From Dokdonella koreensis DS-123 (GTDB lineage Bacteria; Pseudomonadota; Gammaproteobacteria; Xanthomonadales; Rhodanobacteraceae): 64,000 bases of DNA. Positions 20,735 to 30,141 of this stretch are shown one piece after another. The notes under the pieces are model-generated. The model saw only the letters and a program-made list of their open reading frames with translations, was not told the origin of the DNA and did no database searches. The translations under genes and the position numbers were made by a program. Location: contig NZ_CP015249.1 of assembly GCF_001632775.1 (NCBI RefSeq), positions 288,686-352,685 on the forward strand, written 5' to 3'. Numbering within the stretch: position 1 is the first letter of the stretch; every line of letters begins with the position of its first letter.

Positions 20735-23488
20735 TCAGAGGCCGCCGAGCTGCCGCGCCAGGCGCTCGGCCGGCACGCGGTTGACCGCCTCGGGCAGCAC
20801 GTTCGCGCGCAGCACCGGCAGCGCCTGCACCAGCAGCGATCGTGCCTGGTCGGGCCGGCCTTGCCGCATGCGCAGATTGGCCAGCTCGGCGCGGGCGACC
20901 GCCACGTCGATCGGCAGTGTCTGGCCACCCGAGAACGCCGTGATCGCCGCATCGAGATCGCGATCGGCCTGCGCGTAGTCGCCGCGCTGGATCGCGAACG
21001 CCGCACTCGCGCGATTCAGATGCGCGAACACCGGATGTGTCGGCGGTACCAGTGCCGCGAAACGCTGCCGCGCTTCGTCGAGCCAGGCCATGCCCTCGTC
21101 GGTGGCACGCGTGCGCGTGGCGAGCATCGCCAGCTGCAGCGTCAGCAGCGCGTACTCGGCCGACTCGAGGCCGTCCAGCCGCGCCGCGCGCTCGCGCAGG
21201 CCCTCCAGGCGCCGGCGCGCCTCGGCGTGGCGGCCGGCGATGCCGATCGTGCGCGCCTCGGAGCGCTCGATGCGGCGCCTGACGTCGGCATCGGCCTCGA
21301 CACCGCCGGCATCGAGGCGCTCGCGCGCGGCGGCGAACGCGGCCAGCGCACCGGGATAGTCGCCGGCGTTCTCGAGCAGGCCGCCGCGGTTGCCGAGACT
21401 GATCGCCGCATCGGCGGGCCCCAGGTCGGCTTCGGCGGTCAGTACCTCGGAGCGCGCGAGCATCTGCACGGCTTCCTGGTAGCGGCCCAGGTCGTTCAGC
21501 ACGAGAGCGAGGTCGTTGGCGAGCAGCATCATGCGCGCGCCGCCGGGCCCGACCACGCGCTCCTGCACGACCATCGCCTCGCGCAGCCGGCCTTCGGCCT
21601 CGTCGAGGCGGCCACAGGCGCTCAGCGCCGAGGCCTCCGCGCGCATCAGCAGCACGCGGTCGGGCGAATCGGTGGCGCGCCCGGCGCCCTGCTGCCAGCC
21701 TTCGGCGATGACGTCGAGCGCCTCCTCGCACTCGCTGCGTGCACCGAGCAGCGAGGCCAGCGTCGCCGTGGTCTGGATCAGGGCATCGCCGTCGTGCACG
21801 TCGCGCGCCTTGGCCAGCGCCATCGCCTCGCGCAGCAGCGAGACCGCGCGGTCGTTGTCCCCGTTGCGGTGGTGCGCCATCGCCAGCGTCTGCAGGCTGC
21901 GCATGCGTTCGAGTGGATCGTCCGGCGCGTAGCGCGTGCGCCAGGCCGCACCTTGCTCGGCGGCGGCGAGCGCGCCGGCACCGTCGAAGCGCTGCCCGAG
22001 CAGGCTGGCCAGCTCGTCGTAGTCGTGGGCCAGGCGCAGTGCCTCGGCGCCGTCGCGTGGCTCCACGCCGGCCACGCCGCGCTGCATCAGGTCGAGCGCG
22101 ATCGGGACTTCGCCGAGTGCGTTGTAGAGGCTGGCCAGCAGGCGCTGCATCGCCTGGCGCAGTTCCGCATGGCCGGCACTGTGGCTGTCCAGCTGGGCAC
22201 GCGCCGCGTCGAGCAGGTCGCGCACGCTGACCTGCCGGCTCATGGCCTGGTCCGGCGAGGCGGCCGTGAACGCCGCGGTCAGGAACTCCAGCGATGCACG
22301 CGCAGTCGCCGCATCGCGTTCGGACGCGGCCAGCGCGACCTGCGCCTCGGCCTGCGCGGCGCGTGCGTGCTGGCGCTCGCGCTCGAGGCCGACGACGAAT
22401 CCGGCCAGCGTGACCAGCGCCGCCAGCGCCAGCGCAACGGCGAGCTGGTGGCGCGCGACGAACTTGGCCAGCCGGCGGCGGCGCGTCAGCGCCGCGGCGA
22501 GCACCGGCCGGCCTTCGCGGTAGCGGTCGATGTCCTCGCGCAGTGCGCCGGCTCCGGCGTAACGGTCCTGCGGCCGCTCGGCGCAGGCCTTGGCGATGAC
22601 GCCGGCCAGCTCGACGTCGAGCGCCAGCGGCGGTACCGACGGCTCGCCTTCGCCGCGGTCGTCGCGCTGGCCGGTCAGCATCTCGCGCAGCAGCACGCCT
22701 AGGCTGTAGATGTCGCTGGCGGTGGTGATCGGCGCGCCGGCGCGCTGCTCGGGGCTGGCGTAGCCCTGGCTGAAGACCCGCGTGGAGGTCTCGCGCCGCG
22801 CCGAGTCGTCGGTCTCGACCAGCCGCGCGATGCCGAAGTCCAGCAGCTTGACCACGCCCTGCTGGGTCACCAGCACGTTGGCGGGCTTGAGGTCGCGATG
22901 GATCACCAGGCGCTGGTGCGCGTGCTCGACCGCGTCGAGCATCGCGCGGAACAGGGCCAGGCGCTGGTCGCCGGTGGCGCCGGTGGTGCGGACGTGCTCG
23001 AGCAGGCCCACGCCGTCCACGTACTCGATCGCCAGCCACGGTTGGCCGTCGTCGCTTTCGCCGCCGTCGAGCAGGCGCGCGATGTGCGGATGGTCGAGCG
23101 TGGCCAGGATGCGCCGCTCCTGGCGCAGCCGCCGCATGCCGTCCTGGGTCGGAAAGCCGCGCAGCAGCTTGATCGCGACCTGCTGGACGAAGCTGCCGTC
23201 GTCGCGTTCGGCCAGGAACACGGTTCCCATGCCGCCGGCGCCGATCTCGCGCAGCAGCCGCCAGGCGCCGAGGCGCCGTTCCTCGCCGCGGTGCAGGCGC
23301 GCTGCGCTGGCGGCGATCGCCGCCTCGAGCGGGTCCTCGTCCGCATCGGCGGCCAGCAGCCGCGCGAGCTGTTCGCGCTCGCCGGCATCGAGCGACAGCG
23401 CGTCCAGTGCCGCGGCACGCGCGTCCGGCGGCAGGCTGCGCAGCCGCTCGAAGTGATCGGCGTAGCGGTCCAGCGGCGAGGCGGTCAC
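20735..23488 (-). CDS. Ser/Thr protein kinase with TM segment and TPR repeats (~917 aa, GTG start)
   Basis: A GTG (complement of 23486..23488) overlaps the sigma-factor stop (GTGA). Kinase motifs GAGGMGTVFLAER, HRDLKPANVL, DFGIAR and SPE. A TM helix LAVALALAALVTLAGFVVGL is followed by long TPR-like repeats. Confidence 0.85.
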   Translation of the reverse strand: MTASPLDRYADHFERLRSLPPDARAAALDALSLDAGEREQLARLLAADADEDPLEAAIAASAARLHRGEERRLGAWRLLREIGAGGMGTVFLAERDDGSFVQQVAIKLLRGFPTQDGMRRLRQERRILATLDHPHIARLLDGGESDDGQPWLAIEYVDGVGLLEHVRTTGATGDQRLALFRAMLDAVEHAHQRLVIHRDLKPANVLVTQQGVVKLLDFGIARLVETDDSARRETSTRVFSQGYASPEQRAGAPITTASDIYSLGVLLREMLTGQRDDRGEGEPSVPPLALDVELAGVIAKACAERPQDRYAGAGALREDIDRYREGRPVLAAALTRRRRLAKFVARHQLAVALALAALVTLAGFVVGLERERQHARAAQAEAQVALAASERDAATARASLEFLTAAFTAASPDQAMSRQVSVRDLLDAARAQLDSHSAGHAELRQAMQRLLASLYNALGEVPIALDLMQRGVAGVEPRDGAEALRLAHDYDELASLLGQRFDGAGALAAAEQGAAWRTRYAPDDPLERMRSLQTLAMAHHRNGDNDRAVSLLREAMALAKARDVHDGDALIQTTATLASLLGARSECEEALDVIAEGWQQGAGRATDSPDRVLLMRAEASALSACGRLDEAEGRLREAMVVQERVVGPGGARMMLLANDLALVLNDLGRYQEAVQMLARSEVLTAEADLGPADAAISLGNRGGLLENAGDYPGALAAFAAARERLDAGGVEADADVRRRIERSEARTIGIAGRHAEARRRLEGLRERAARLDGLESAEYALLTLQLAMLATRTRATDEGMAWLDEARQRFAALVPPTHPVFAHLNRASAAFAIQRGDYAQADRDLDAAITAFSGGQTLPIDVAVARAELANLRMRQGRPDQARSLLVQALPVLRANVLPEAVNRVPAERLARQLGGL

Positions 23489-24048
23489 GATTCGAGCGCC
23501 GTGCGCAGCCAGGCGCGGGCCAGGCGCAGGTCGCGGTCCACCGTACCTTCGGAGACGTCCAGCGCGGCGGCCACCTCGGTGCGGCTCAGGCCGCCGAAGT
23601 AGACCAGTTCGACGATCTGCGCGCGGCGCGGGTCGGTGGTGGCCAGCGCGCGCAGGGCCGCGTCGATGCGCATCAGCTCGGCATCGCCCTCGGGCTGCGC
23701 GACGTCGTGCGCGGCGTCCAGGTCGATGCGCTCGGCGTCGCCGCCGCGCTTGTCGGCCTGGCGCCGCCGTGCGGCATCGACCAGCACCTGCCGCGTGGCC
23801 TGGGCCGCGACGTGGAAGAAATGGCGGCGGTTCTCCCATTCCGCGTCGGCACCGAGCAGGCGGATCAACGCTTCATGGGCGATGTCGGTGGCGCTCAGCG
23901 TGGCGGCCGGCATGCGCCGCAGCGATTGCGCGGCGATCGCACGCACGTTGGCGTAGACGCGCTGCATCAGGAGTTCGCGTGCGGCGGCATCTCCACCGCG
24001 CCAGGCCGCGATCAACCGGGTGACATCGTGTTCGCCGGGCTCGGCCAT
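23485..24048 (-). CDS. ECF sigma factor, Ser/Thr-kinase-associated type
   Basis: Internal ATG (complement of 24046..24048) gives MAEPGEHDVTRLIAAWRGGDAAARELLMQRVY..., about 187 aa. Region 4 reads LSRTEVAAALDVSEGTVDRDLRLARAWL. It lies immediately upstream of the kinase. Confidence 0.85.
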   Translation of the reverse strand: MAEPGEHDVTRLIAAWRGGDAAARELLMQRVYANVRAIAAQSLRRMPAATLSATDIAHEALIRLLGADAEWENRRHFFHVAAQATRQVLVDAARRRQADKRGGDAERIDLDAAHDVAQPEGDAELMRIDAALRALATTDPRRAQIVELVYFGGLSRTEVAAALDVSEGTVDRDLRLARAWLRTALES

Positions 24049-24575
24049 CAGGGCTCGGAAGTCGCAGGAACGGGTCCGGGGCAGTCTAGCAGGCCGCCCC
24101 GTGGGCGATCGTGTCTCGATCGACCGGCGCGGTGTCGACCCGATCACAGGCCCCCTGCGGCCTGGCGCACGTCCCGGGCACGGGCCAGGCCGATGTCCGC
24201 TCGACCAGCGGCCGCCCGGCGGTGCCGGCCGCGGCATCGCGAAGGCGGCGTCCAGTGCCGGCAGGAATGCGGGCGCTGGCGCGCGTCGAGGCGGCCGGTC
24301 ATTGCGCCGACGTGTTTGGCGATGGCGCTGGGGGCGGCTGTCCGCTCGCGTGCATGGGCGGCCAGGCCGGCCAGGCGCGGCAGCGGATCGGCGGCATCGG
24401 CCGGAGGAGGCCGCGGTGCGGCAGCCGGATCGACACAGGCGCGCAGTGCGTCACGCATGGCCGCCCAGGCTTCGGCCGAGTGAAGCGCCTGCCACGGTGA
24501 CGCGGCCGGGACCGGCCTTGCAGGCAGCGCCGCGGGCGCGATGAACGGTCGTGCCGGCCCGGAGGGCGGTCCCGC

Positions 24576-25373
24576 TCAGGCCGGCGCCGCCGGCGCGGCC
24601 AGATGGTCCAGCAATACGGCCAGGCTGTGGATGTCCTGGGCGTTGTGGTCGAGCACGCGGCCCAGGCCGGTGGCGCTGTGCCCGCGCAGATAGGCCAGCC
24701 ACGCGGCCGGTGCCTCGGCGCTGGGCAGGTCGTCCTCGCGGACGATGCCGAGCGCGCGACGCTCGATCGTCGCCAGCCGGCAGTTCTCCCAGGTGCCGCG
24801 GTAGCGACGCCGCGTGGGGTAGAGCAGGTCGCAGTGGCCACGCTCCGCGAACGGGCACGGCAGGTGGTTGAGGCGAAAGCGTCCCTTGAGCAGCGGCGCA
24901 TCGTAGGAACGGCCGTTGTAGGAGACGTAGATCGCCGCCGGCGGCAGCCAGTCGGCGAAGGCCGCCAGCATCGCCGCCTCGCCGGCCAGCGCGGTCAGGT
25001 AGAGCTGGCGCAGCCGCAGCCGGCCGTCCTGCCAGCGCGCCGCCCCGATCATGAAGGCGCGGGTGCCGACGCCGCCGGCGAGGCCGGTGGTCTCGGTGTC
25101 GAACCAGACCAGGCGCTCGCGTGCGACCTCGCCGTCCGCGCCCCACGGCAGCTGCACGGTCGCGGCGGCCGGCCAGGCCCAGGCGTGCTCGACTTCCTGC
25201 ACGCCGGCGGCCAGTGTCCGGCCGGCCGGTGGCGGCAGTGCGCTGCGGCTGCGGCGGTCGCGGCCGGCCAGCAGGGTGCGCAGGCGCGCCGTCGTCGGGG
25301 TGCTGGTGCCGACCGGCAGGCGTGCGCCGGACTGGCTGGCGAGCGCGCGCAGGCGGTCGGCCAGCGCGCTCAC
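24576..25373 (-). CDS. RNase-H-fold exonuclease, YprB/MrfB-like (GTG start)
   Basis: LVWFDTETTGL shows the DEDD-like N-terminal acidic motif (D-T-E-T). The start overlaps the upstream helicase stop (GTGA at 25370..25373). Confidence 0.75.
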   Translation of the reverse strand: MSALADRLRALASQSGARLPVGTSTPTTARLRTLLAGRDRRSRSALPPPAGRTLAAGVQEVEHAWAWPAAATVQLPWGADGEVARERLVWFDTETTGLAGGVGTRAFMIGAARWQDGRLRLRQLYLTALAGEAAMLAAFADWLPPAAIYVSYNGRSYDAPLLKGRFRLNHLPCPFAERGHCDLLYPTRRRYRGTWENCRLATIERRALGIVREDDLPSAEAPAAWLAYLRGHSATGLGRVLDHNAQDIHSLAVLLDHLAAPAAPA

Positions 25374-27763
25374 GGTGCCAGCAGCCGCAGCACGGTGCCC
25401 GCCAGCGCGCGCGGCGTGGCGCGCCCGGGCGGGCCGGGCAGTACCGGGCCGACGCAGGCCGGGCAGCCGGCAGTGCAGCCGCAGGCATCCACCAGCGCCC
25501 GGGCATCGGCGACGATCGCCGCGGCCTGCCCGAACAGCGGCTCGCTGAGGCCGATGCCGCCGGGATGGCTGTCGTAGAGGTAGACCGTGGGGTTGAACGC
25601 GGCGGCCGGATCGGGCGGTGCGTCGGCGGCCGTACGCAGCTGTGCGCGGCCGCCGCCGTCACGCCCGGCGAACCAGGCCGCATCGCCGGCGCCGACCGCC
25701 TGGCGCAGGTCGCGCGCCTCGGCCATCACGCGCAGCGAGGCCACCGTGTGCAGCGCATAGGCGGCACCGAGGAAACCTTCCAGCGCGTCCTGCCGCGCGG
25801 GCAGGGCCGCTTCGAGCGTGGCCTGCGCCAGCTGCCACCAGACCGCGGTGGTCTGCAGCTCCTGGTCGGGCAGGTTGACCGGGCCGTAGCCGATGTTCTC
25901 GTGCGAGTAGAAGCGGATCTTCTTGTAGCCGGCGACGTGGCGGACCACGTGGACCTCGCCGTGGTGGCAGGTGCCGGCGCCCGCGCGCGTGCCGTCGAAG
26001 CGGTCGAGCACCTTGAGGCGGGTGTGGTCGATCGCATCGGTGTAGTAGTCGGCCTCGGTACGCCGGACATAGGCCTTGCGGCCGTCCCAGTCGAGCCGCT
26101 CGACCTGGTACGGCAGCGACTGCACGAGGTAGATCGCGCCTTCGTACAGCGTCATGGCCGCGGCCGTGTAGTCGACCTCGGCGATGATCGCCTGGCGCCC
26201 GTCGGTGCGGTCGACGACCACGAAGTTGCCGTCGGCGACCGCGCGCAGGCTCACCGCCTGCGCCGGGTAGCTGTCGGCGATCCAGTCGTAGCGGTCCTGC
26301 TCGCGGTGCAGCACGCCGGACTCGGCCAGCACCTCCAGGAACGGGTCGGCGGTTTCGCCGCCGAAGCGCTCGCCGGCCGCGAACGGCAGCTCGAAGGCCG
26401 CGCAGCGGATGTGGTCGAGCAGGATCAGCAACTGGTCCGGCGCGATGCGCGCGGTCTCCGGCGGCGCCTGCTCGAAGAATTCCGGGTGGCCGATGACGTA
26501 CTGGTCCAGTGCCTGGCTCGACGCGACCAGGATGCCGAGCGCGGGCTGCTGGCGGCGTCCGGCCCGGCCCAGCCGCTGCCAGGTGGCCGCGATCGAACCC
26601 GGGTAGCCGTTGAGGATCGCGATGTCGAGCGCGCCGATGTCCACGCCCAGTTCCAGCGCCGAGGTGCTGACCACGCCGTCGATCGTGCCGGCGCGCAGCG
26701 CGCGCTCGGTGGCGCGGCGCTCGGTCGGCAGGTAGCCCCCGCGGTAGGCGCGGATGCGCTCGGGCTTGCGCGGGTCGTGGTCGAACACGTCCTTGAGGTA
26801 CTTGGTCAGCACCTCGACCATCAGCCGCGAGGAGGCGAACACGATCGTCTTGAGCCGCGCGCGGATCGCGTGGCGCGCCAGCCGCGTGGACTGCGAGCGC
26901 GCCGAGGCGCGGATGCCGAGGTCCGGATTGACCACCGGCGGGTTCCACAGCAGCACGTGGCGCTCGCCGCAGGCCGCGCCGCTCTCGGTGATCGCATGGA
27001 CCGGCGCGCCCAGCAGCGCCTCGGCGTGCGCCTGCGGGTTGCCGATCGTCGCCGAGCACGCGATGAAGCGCGGCGCGACGCCGTAGAACGCGCAGATCCG
27101 CTTGAGCCGCCGCAGCACGTTGGCGACATGCGAGCCGAACACGCCGCGGTAGGTGTGCACCTCGTCGATCACGACGTAGCGGAGCGACTCGAAGAACTGC
27201 GCCCACTTGGTGTGGTGCGGCAGGATCGCCTGGTGCAGCATGTCCGGATTGCTGACCACGATGTCGCCGTGCAGGCGGATCGCCTGGCGCGCGTCGCCCG
27301 GCGTGTCGCCGTCGAACGTGAACGCGCGCGCCCCCAGATCACCGGCGCGGTTGAGCTCCAGCAGCTCGGCCACCTGGTCCTGCGCCAGCGCCTTGGTCGG
27401 GAACAGGTACAGCGCCTTGCCTTCGCGGCGGCGCACGGTCTCCAGCACCGGCAGGTGGTAGCACAGCGACTTGCCCGAGGCGGTGGGCGTCACGACGACG
27501 ACGTGCTCGCCGCGTTCGAGCGCGTCCCAGCTTTCGCGCTGGTGGCTGTAGAGGCGCTCGATGCCACGCGCAGCCAGCGCCCGGCGCACGGGCTCGGAGA
27601 GGCCGTCCGGGAACGCGGCGTACCGGGCCGGCCGCGCCGGCCGTGTGAACGCGCCGGTGATGCGGTCGCCGTAGCGCGTGCGCAGCCGTTCGGCGAGGGC
27701 GGTGGCGGAGCGGACCGCGAGGTCGGCGGCTTGCGCGGTGCGCACGGCGCGTTCGGGGAGCAT
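25370..27763 (-). CDS. DEAD/DEAH-box helicase with C-terminal DUF1998 four-Cys domain (YprA/MrfA-like), 797 aa
   Basis: Motif I TPTASGKS, motif II VIDEVH, motif VI QRLGRAGR and a C-terminal CGCTAGCPACVGP. ATG at 27761..27763 with a GGAGGT RBS. Confidence 0.85.
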   Translation of the reverse strand: MLPERAVRTAQAADLAVRSATALAERLRTRYGDRITGAFTRPARPARYAAFPDGLSEPVRRALAARGIERLYSHQRESWDALERGEHVVVVTPTASGKSLCYHLPVLETVRRREGKALYLFPTKALAQDQVAELLELNRAGDLGARAFTFDGDTPGDARQAIRLHGDIVVSNPDMLHQAILPHHTKWAQFFESLRYVVIDEVHTYRGVFGSHVANVLRRLKRICAFYGVAPRFIACSATIGNPQAHAEALLGAPVHAITESGAACGERHVLLWNPPVVNPDLGIRASARSQSTRLARHAIRARLKTIVFASSRLMVEVLTKYLKDVFDHDPRKPERIRAYRGGYLPTERRATERALRAGTIDGVVSTSALELGVDIGALDIAILNGYPGSIAATWQRLGRAGRRQQPALGILVASSQALDQYVIGHPEFFEQAPPETARIAPDQLLILLDHIRCAAFELPFAAGERFGGETADPFLEVLAESGVLHREQDRYDWIADSYPAQAVSLRAVADGNFVVVDRTDGRQAIIAEVDYTAAAMTLYEGAIYLVQSLPYQVERLDWDGRKAYVRRTEADYYTDAIDHTRLKVLDRFDGTRAGAGTCHHGEVHVVRHVAGYKKIRFYSHENIGYGPVNLPDQELQTTAVWWQLAQATLEAALPARQDALEGFLGAAYALHTVASLRVMAEARDLRQAVGAGDAAWFAGRDGGGRAQLRTAADAPPDPAAAFNPTVYLYDSHPGGIGLSEPLFGQAAAIVADARALVDACGCTAGCPACVGPVLPGPPGRATPRALAGTVLRLLAP

Positions 27764-27872
27764 GCGGGAGACCTCCGGGGCGGGAACCGCGGCTTATCGC
27801 AGGCGCGCGTCTCACCGGATGAGACAGCCAGGTACGACGCTTGAATACGATTAGCACCCTGACGCAGCTAAC

Positions 27873-28319
27873 ATGGAGCTCATGCCGATTCACTATCACC
27901 CCGCCTTGGGCGAAGTCCTATGGTGCGACTACAAGGGCATGGAGCCTGAAATGGTCAAGAAGCGACTGTCGGTGGTCGTCGTTCCCAAATCCGTGCAGCG
28001 GCCGCGCTTGACCACGGTTGTGCCGATCAGTGCGACGGTGCCGGAGTTCGTAAGACCTTGGCATGTGAGGCTGGAACGCGATCCTTATCCGAAAGGAAGC
28101 AAACCGGACCTTTGGGTGAAATGCGACATGCTAAATGTCGTGAGTTTCGATCGACTCGATGGCTATCACTATCGTTGGAATGGACGACGCCAGTACCAGA
28201 AAATGCAGGTTTCGTTGGACGAACTTCGACGAGTAAGGGCTGGTGTCATCGAAGGATTGGGTTTGAGCACTGACCTGCTCCGGCTAGAAGATATTGAAAA
28301 TATGTTGGCGCGCCCATAG
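27873..28319 (+). CDS. PemK/MazF-like fold protein (putative solitary toxin) in a low-GC islet
   Basis: ~50% GC. The pattern ALGEVLWCDY...KKRLSVVVVPKS...LTTVVPISATVP resembles the PemK/MazF core (G-x-v-W-v-d-f ... RP-x-vVvs ... vv-PiTs). No antitoxin ORF is seen upstream. Confidence 0.4.
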   Translation: MELMPIHYHPALGEVLWCDYKGMEPEMVKKRLSVVVVPKSVQRPRLTTVVPISATVPEFVRPWHVRLERDPYPKGSKPDLWVKCDMLNVVSFDRLDGYHYRWNGRRQYQKMQVSLDELRRVRAGVIEGLGLSTDLLRLEDIENMLARP

Positions 28320-28420
28320 ACTACGGGAGTCCCCGGTTCGCCGGGCTAAAGTCCTCCGGTCAAGGTGCGTCCCCCGGGGGCAGGCTAGGCAGGCGATGAC
28401 AAGCAACCTAGCCTTGGAGC

Positions 28421-28448
28421 AAGCCGCCGCGAGGCGGCTTTTTTTTGC
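28421..28448 (+). terminator. Rho-independent terminator
   Basis: AAGCCGCC-GCGA-GGCGGCTT hairpin followed by TTTTTTTT. It sits downstream of the PemK-like ORF, after ~100 nt containing three further hairpins. Confidence 0.6.
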
Positions 28449-28462
28449 GTCGCCGCGTGCCG

Positions 28463-29020
28463 CTACAGCATCTCCGGCTTGAAGCGTCCGCGCCGGCTGA
28501 TCGTGCGCCGGCCGACCAGGAATTCGCCGTCGCCGCGATAGTGCAGTGTCTCGGGTACGCGTGGGCGTGCTGCGACGTGCGCCTTGACGACTTCCCAGAT
28601 GAACAGGCCGTGGCGACGGATCTGGCTGCCGTCGGCGAGGCGGCATTCGAAACTGGCGTGGCAGTCGGCGATCAACGGCACGTCGACGTGGGTCGCCTTC
28701 GCGGTGGTGAGGCCGAAGCGCGCGAACTTGTCGACCTCGGCGCCGCTGCAGTTGCCGATGTCGACGACGGTGTCGACCATGGCCGCGGTCGGCAGATTGA
28801 TCACGCACTGGCGGCTACGCCGGATCAGCTCGAAGCTGTGGTTGGCTTCCCAGATGTAGCAGCCGAACAGGGCCGGCTCGAAGCCGAGCATCAGATGCCA
28901 GCCCATCGTCATGATGTTGGCCCGGCCCTTCCACGCGGAGCTGACCAGCACGATCGGCCCGGGTTCGAGGTAGCGGCGGATCTCGCCTAGCGGGAAATCG
29001 GTCCTGACAGGCAGTCTCAT
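28463..29020 (-). CDS. flavin reductase-like FMN-binding domain protein
   Basis: 185 aa. GPIVLVSSAWKGRANIMTMGWHLMLGFEP matches the flavin reductase-like domain signature. Confidence 0.8.
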   Translation of the reverse strand: MRLPVRTDFPLGEIRRYLEPGPIVLVSSAWKGRANIMTMGWHLMLGFEPALFGCYIWEANHSFELIRRSRQCVINLPTAAMVDTVVDIGNCSGAEVDKFARFGLTTAKATHVDVPLIADCHASFECRLADGSQIRRHGLFIWEVVKAHVAARPRVPETLHYRGDGEFLVGRRTISRRGRFKPEML

Positions 29021-29177
29021 CGGCGGGCTCCGCGGTGGTCGCCGATCAGCTTAGCGCCTACCGCTGCGATCGCCGGCCCGACTCTGGCCCGGGCTGGCGT
29101 CATCGTACATGTGTCGGCGCCGGCTTGAATTCGCCGGTGGCCGGCCCACGTTCAGCGCTCTGATCCGGAGAAACGCC

Positions 29178-30065
29178 ATGAGCACGACATCCGCTGCCCG
29201 TTCGGGCCGCTTCACGATCGGCGGCGACCTGGCCGTCAACCGCCTCGGCTTCGGCGCGATGCGCGTCACCGGCCGCGGCATCTGGGGCGACCCGGCCGAC
29301 CGCGCCGAGGCGCTCGCCACGCTGCGCCGCGTGCCGGAGCTGGGCATCGATTTCATCGACACCGCCGATTCCTACGGCCCGGACGTGTCCGAACCGCTGA
29401 TCCGCGAGGCGCTGCATCCGTATGGCAACCTGGTCGTCGCGACCAAGGGCGGCCTGGCGCGCACCGGCCCGGACCGCTGGATCCCGCTCGGCCGGCCCGA
29501 GTACCTGATCCAGCAGGCGCACAAGAGCCGGCGGCTGCTCGGCGTAGAGCGCATCGACCTGTGGCAGCTGCACCGCATCGATCCGCAGGTGCCGCGCGAC
29601 GAGCAGTTCGGCGCGGTCAAGGAGCTGATCGATACCGGTGTGATCCGCCATGCGGGCCTGAGCGAAGTCTCGGTCGAGGAAATCACCGCGGCCGCGAAGG
29701 TGTTCCCGGTGGCGACCGTGCAGAACCGCTACAACCTGGTCGACCGCACCAGCGAGGCCGTGCTCGACCATTGCCAGGCGCAGGGCATCGGCTTCATCCC
29801 GTGGTTCCCGCTGGCGGCGGGCGACCTGGCGCGCCCCGGTTCGCTGCTGGACCGCCTGGCGCGCGCGCACGGCGCCACGCCGAGCCAGGTCGCGCTGGCG
29901 TGGATCCTGAAGCGCAGCCCGGTGATGCTGCCGATTCCGGGCACCGGCAAGGTGGCGCACCTGGAAGAGAACGTCGCGGCCGTGGACATCACGCTGACGG
30001 ACGCGGACTTCGCCGCGCTCGACGCCGAAGGCCGCGCCGCGTTCGCGCGCGGCGGCGTGGCCTGA
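29178..30065 (+). CDS. aldo/keto reductase
   Basis: ATG at 29178 follows GGAG. Motifs [17 protein letters not shown] and [14 protein letters not shown] are typical of the AKR family. Confidence 0.9.
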   Translation: MSTTSAARSGRFTIGGDLAVNRLGFGAMRVTGRGIWGDPADRAEALATLRRVPELGIDFIDTADSYGPDVSEPLIREALHPYGNLVVATKGGLARTGPDRWIPLGRPEYLIQQAHKSRRLLGVERIDLWQLHRIDPQVPRDEQFGAVKELIDTGVIRHAGLSEVSVEEITAAAKVFPVATVQNRYNLVDRTSEAVLDHCQAQGIGFIPWFPLAAGDLARPGSLLDRLARAHGATPSQVALAWILKRSPVMLPIPGTGKVAHLEENVAAVDITLTDADFAALDAEGRAAFARGGVA

Positions 30066-30141
30066 AGCCGCATCGGCGCTCGCGGCGGCGGAACCGGATG
30101 GCCCGCCGCCGCTTGCCGGAGGTTTCCCGCCGCGCGGCGGC

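Noticed and set aside
24049-24575. ORFs in the 530-bp gap between the sigma factor and the MrfB-like gene (for example 24144..24458 -, 24111..24500 +)
   Set aside because: Low-complexity translations. The region is more likely the promoter or leader of the sigma-kinase operon.
25121-27844. 907-aa plus-strand ORF and 515-aa minus ORF overlapping the MrfA-like helicase
   Set aside because: Antisense or alternate frame. Only the 25370..27763 frame shows helicase motifs I, II and VI.
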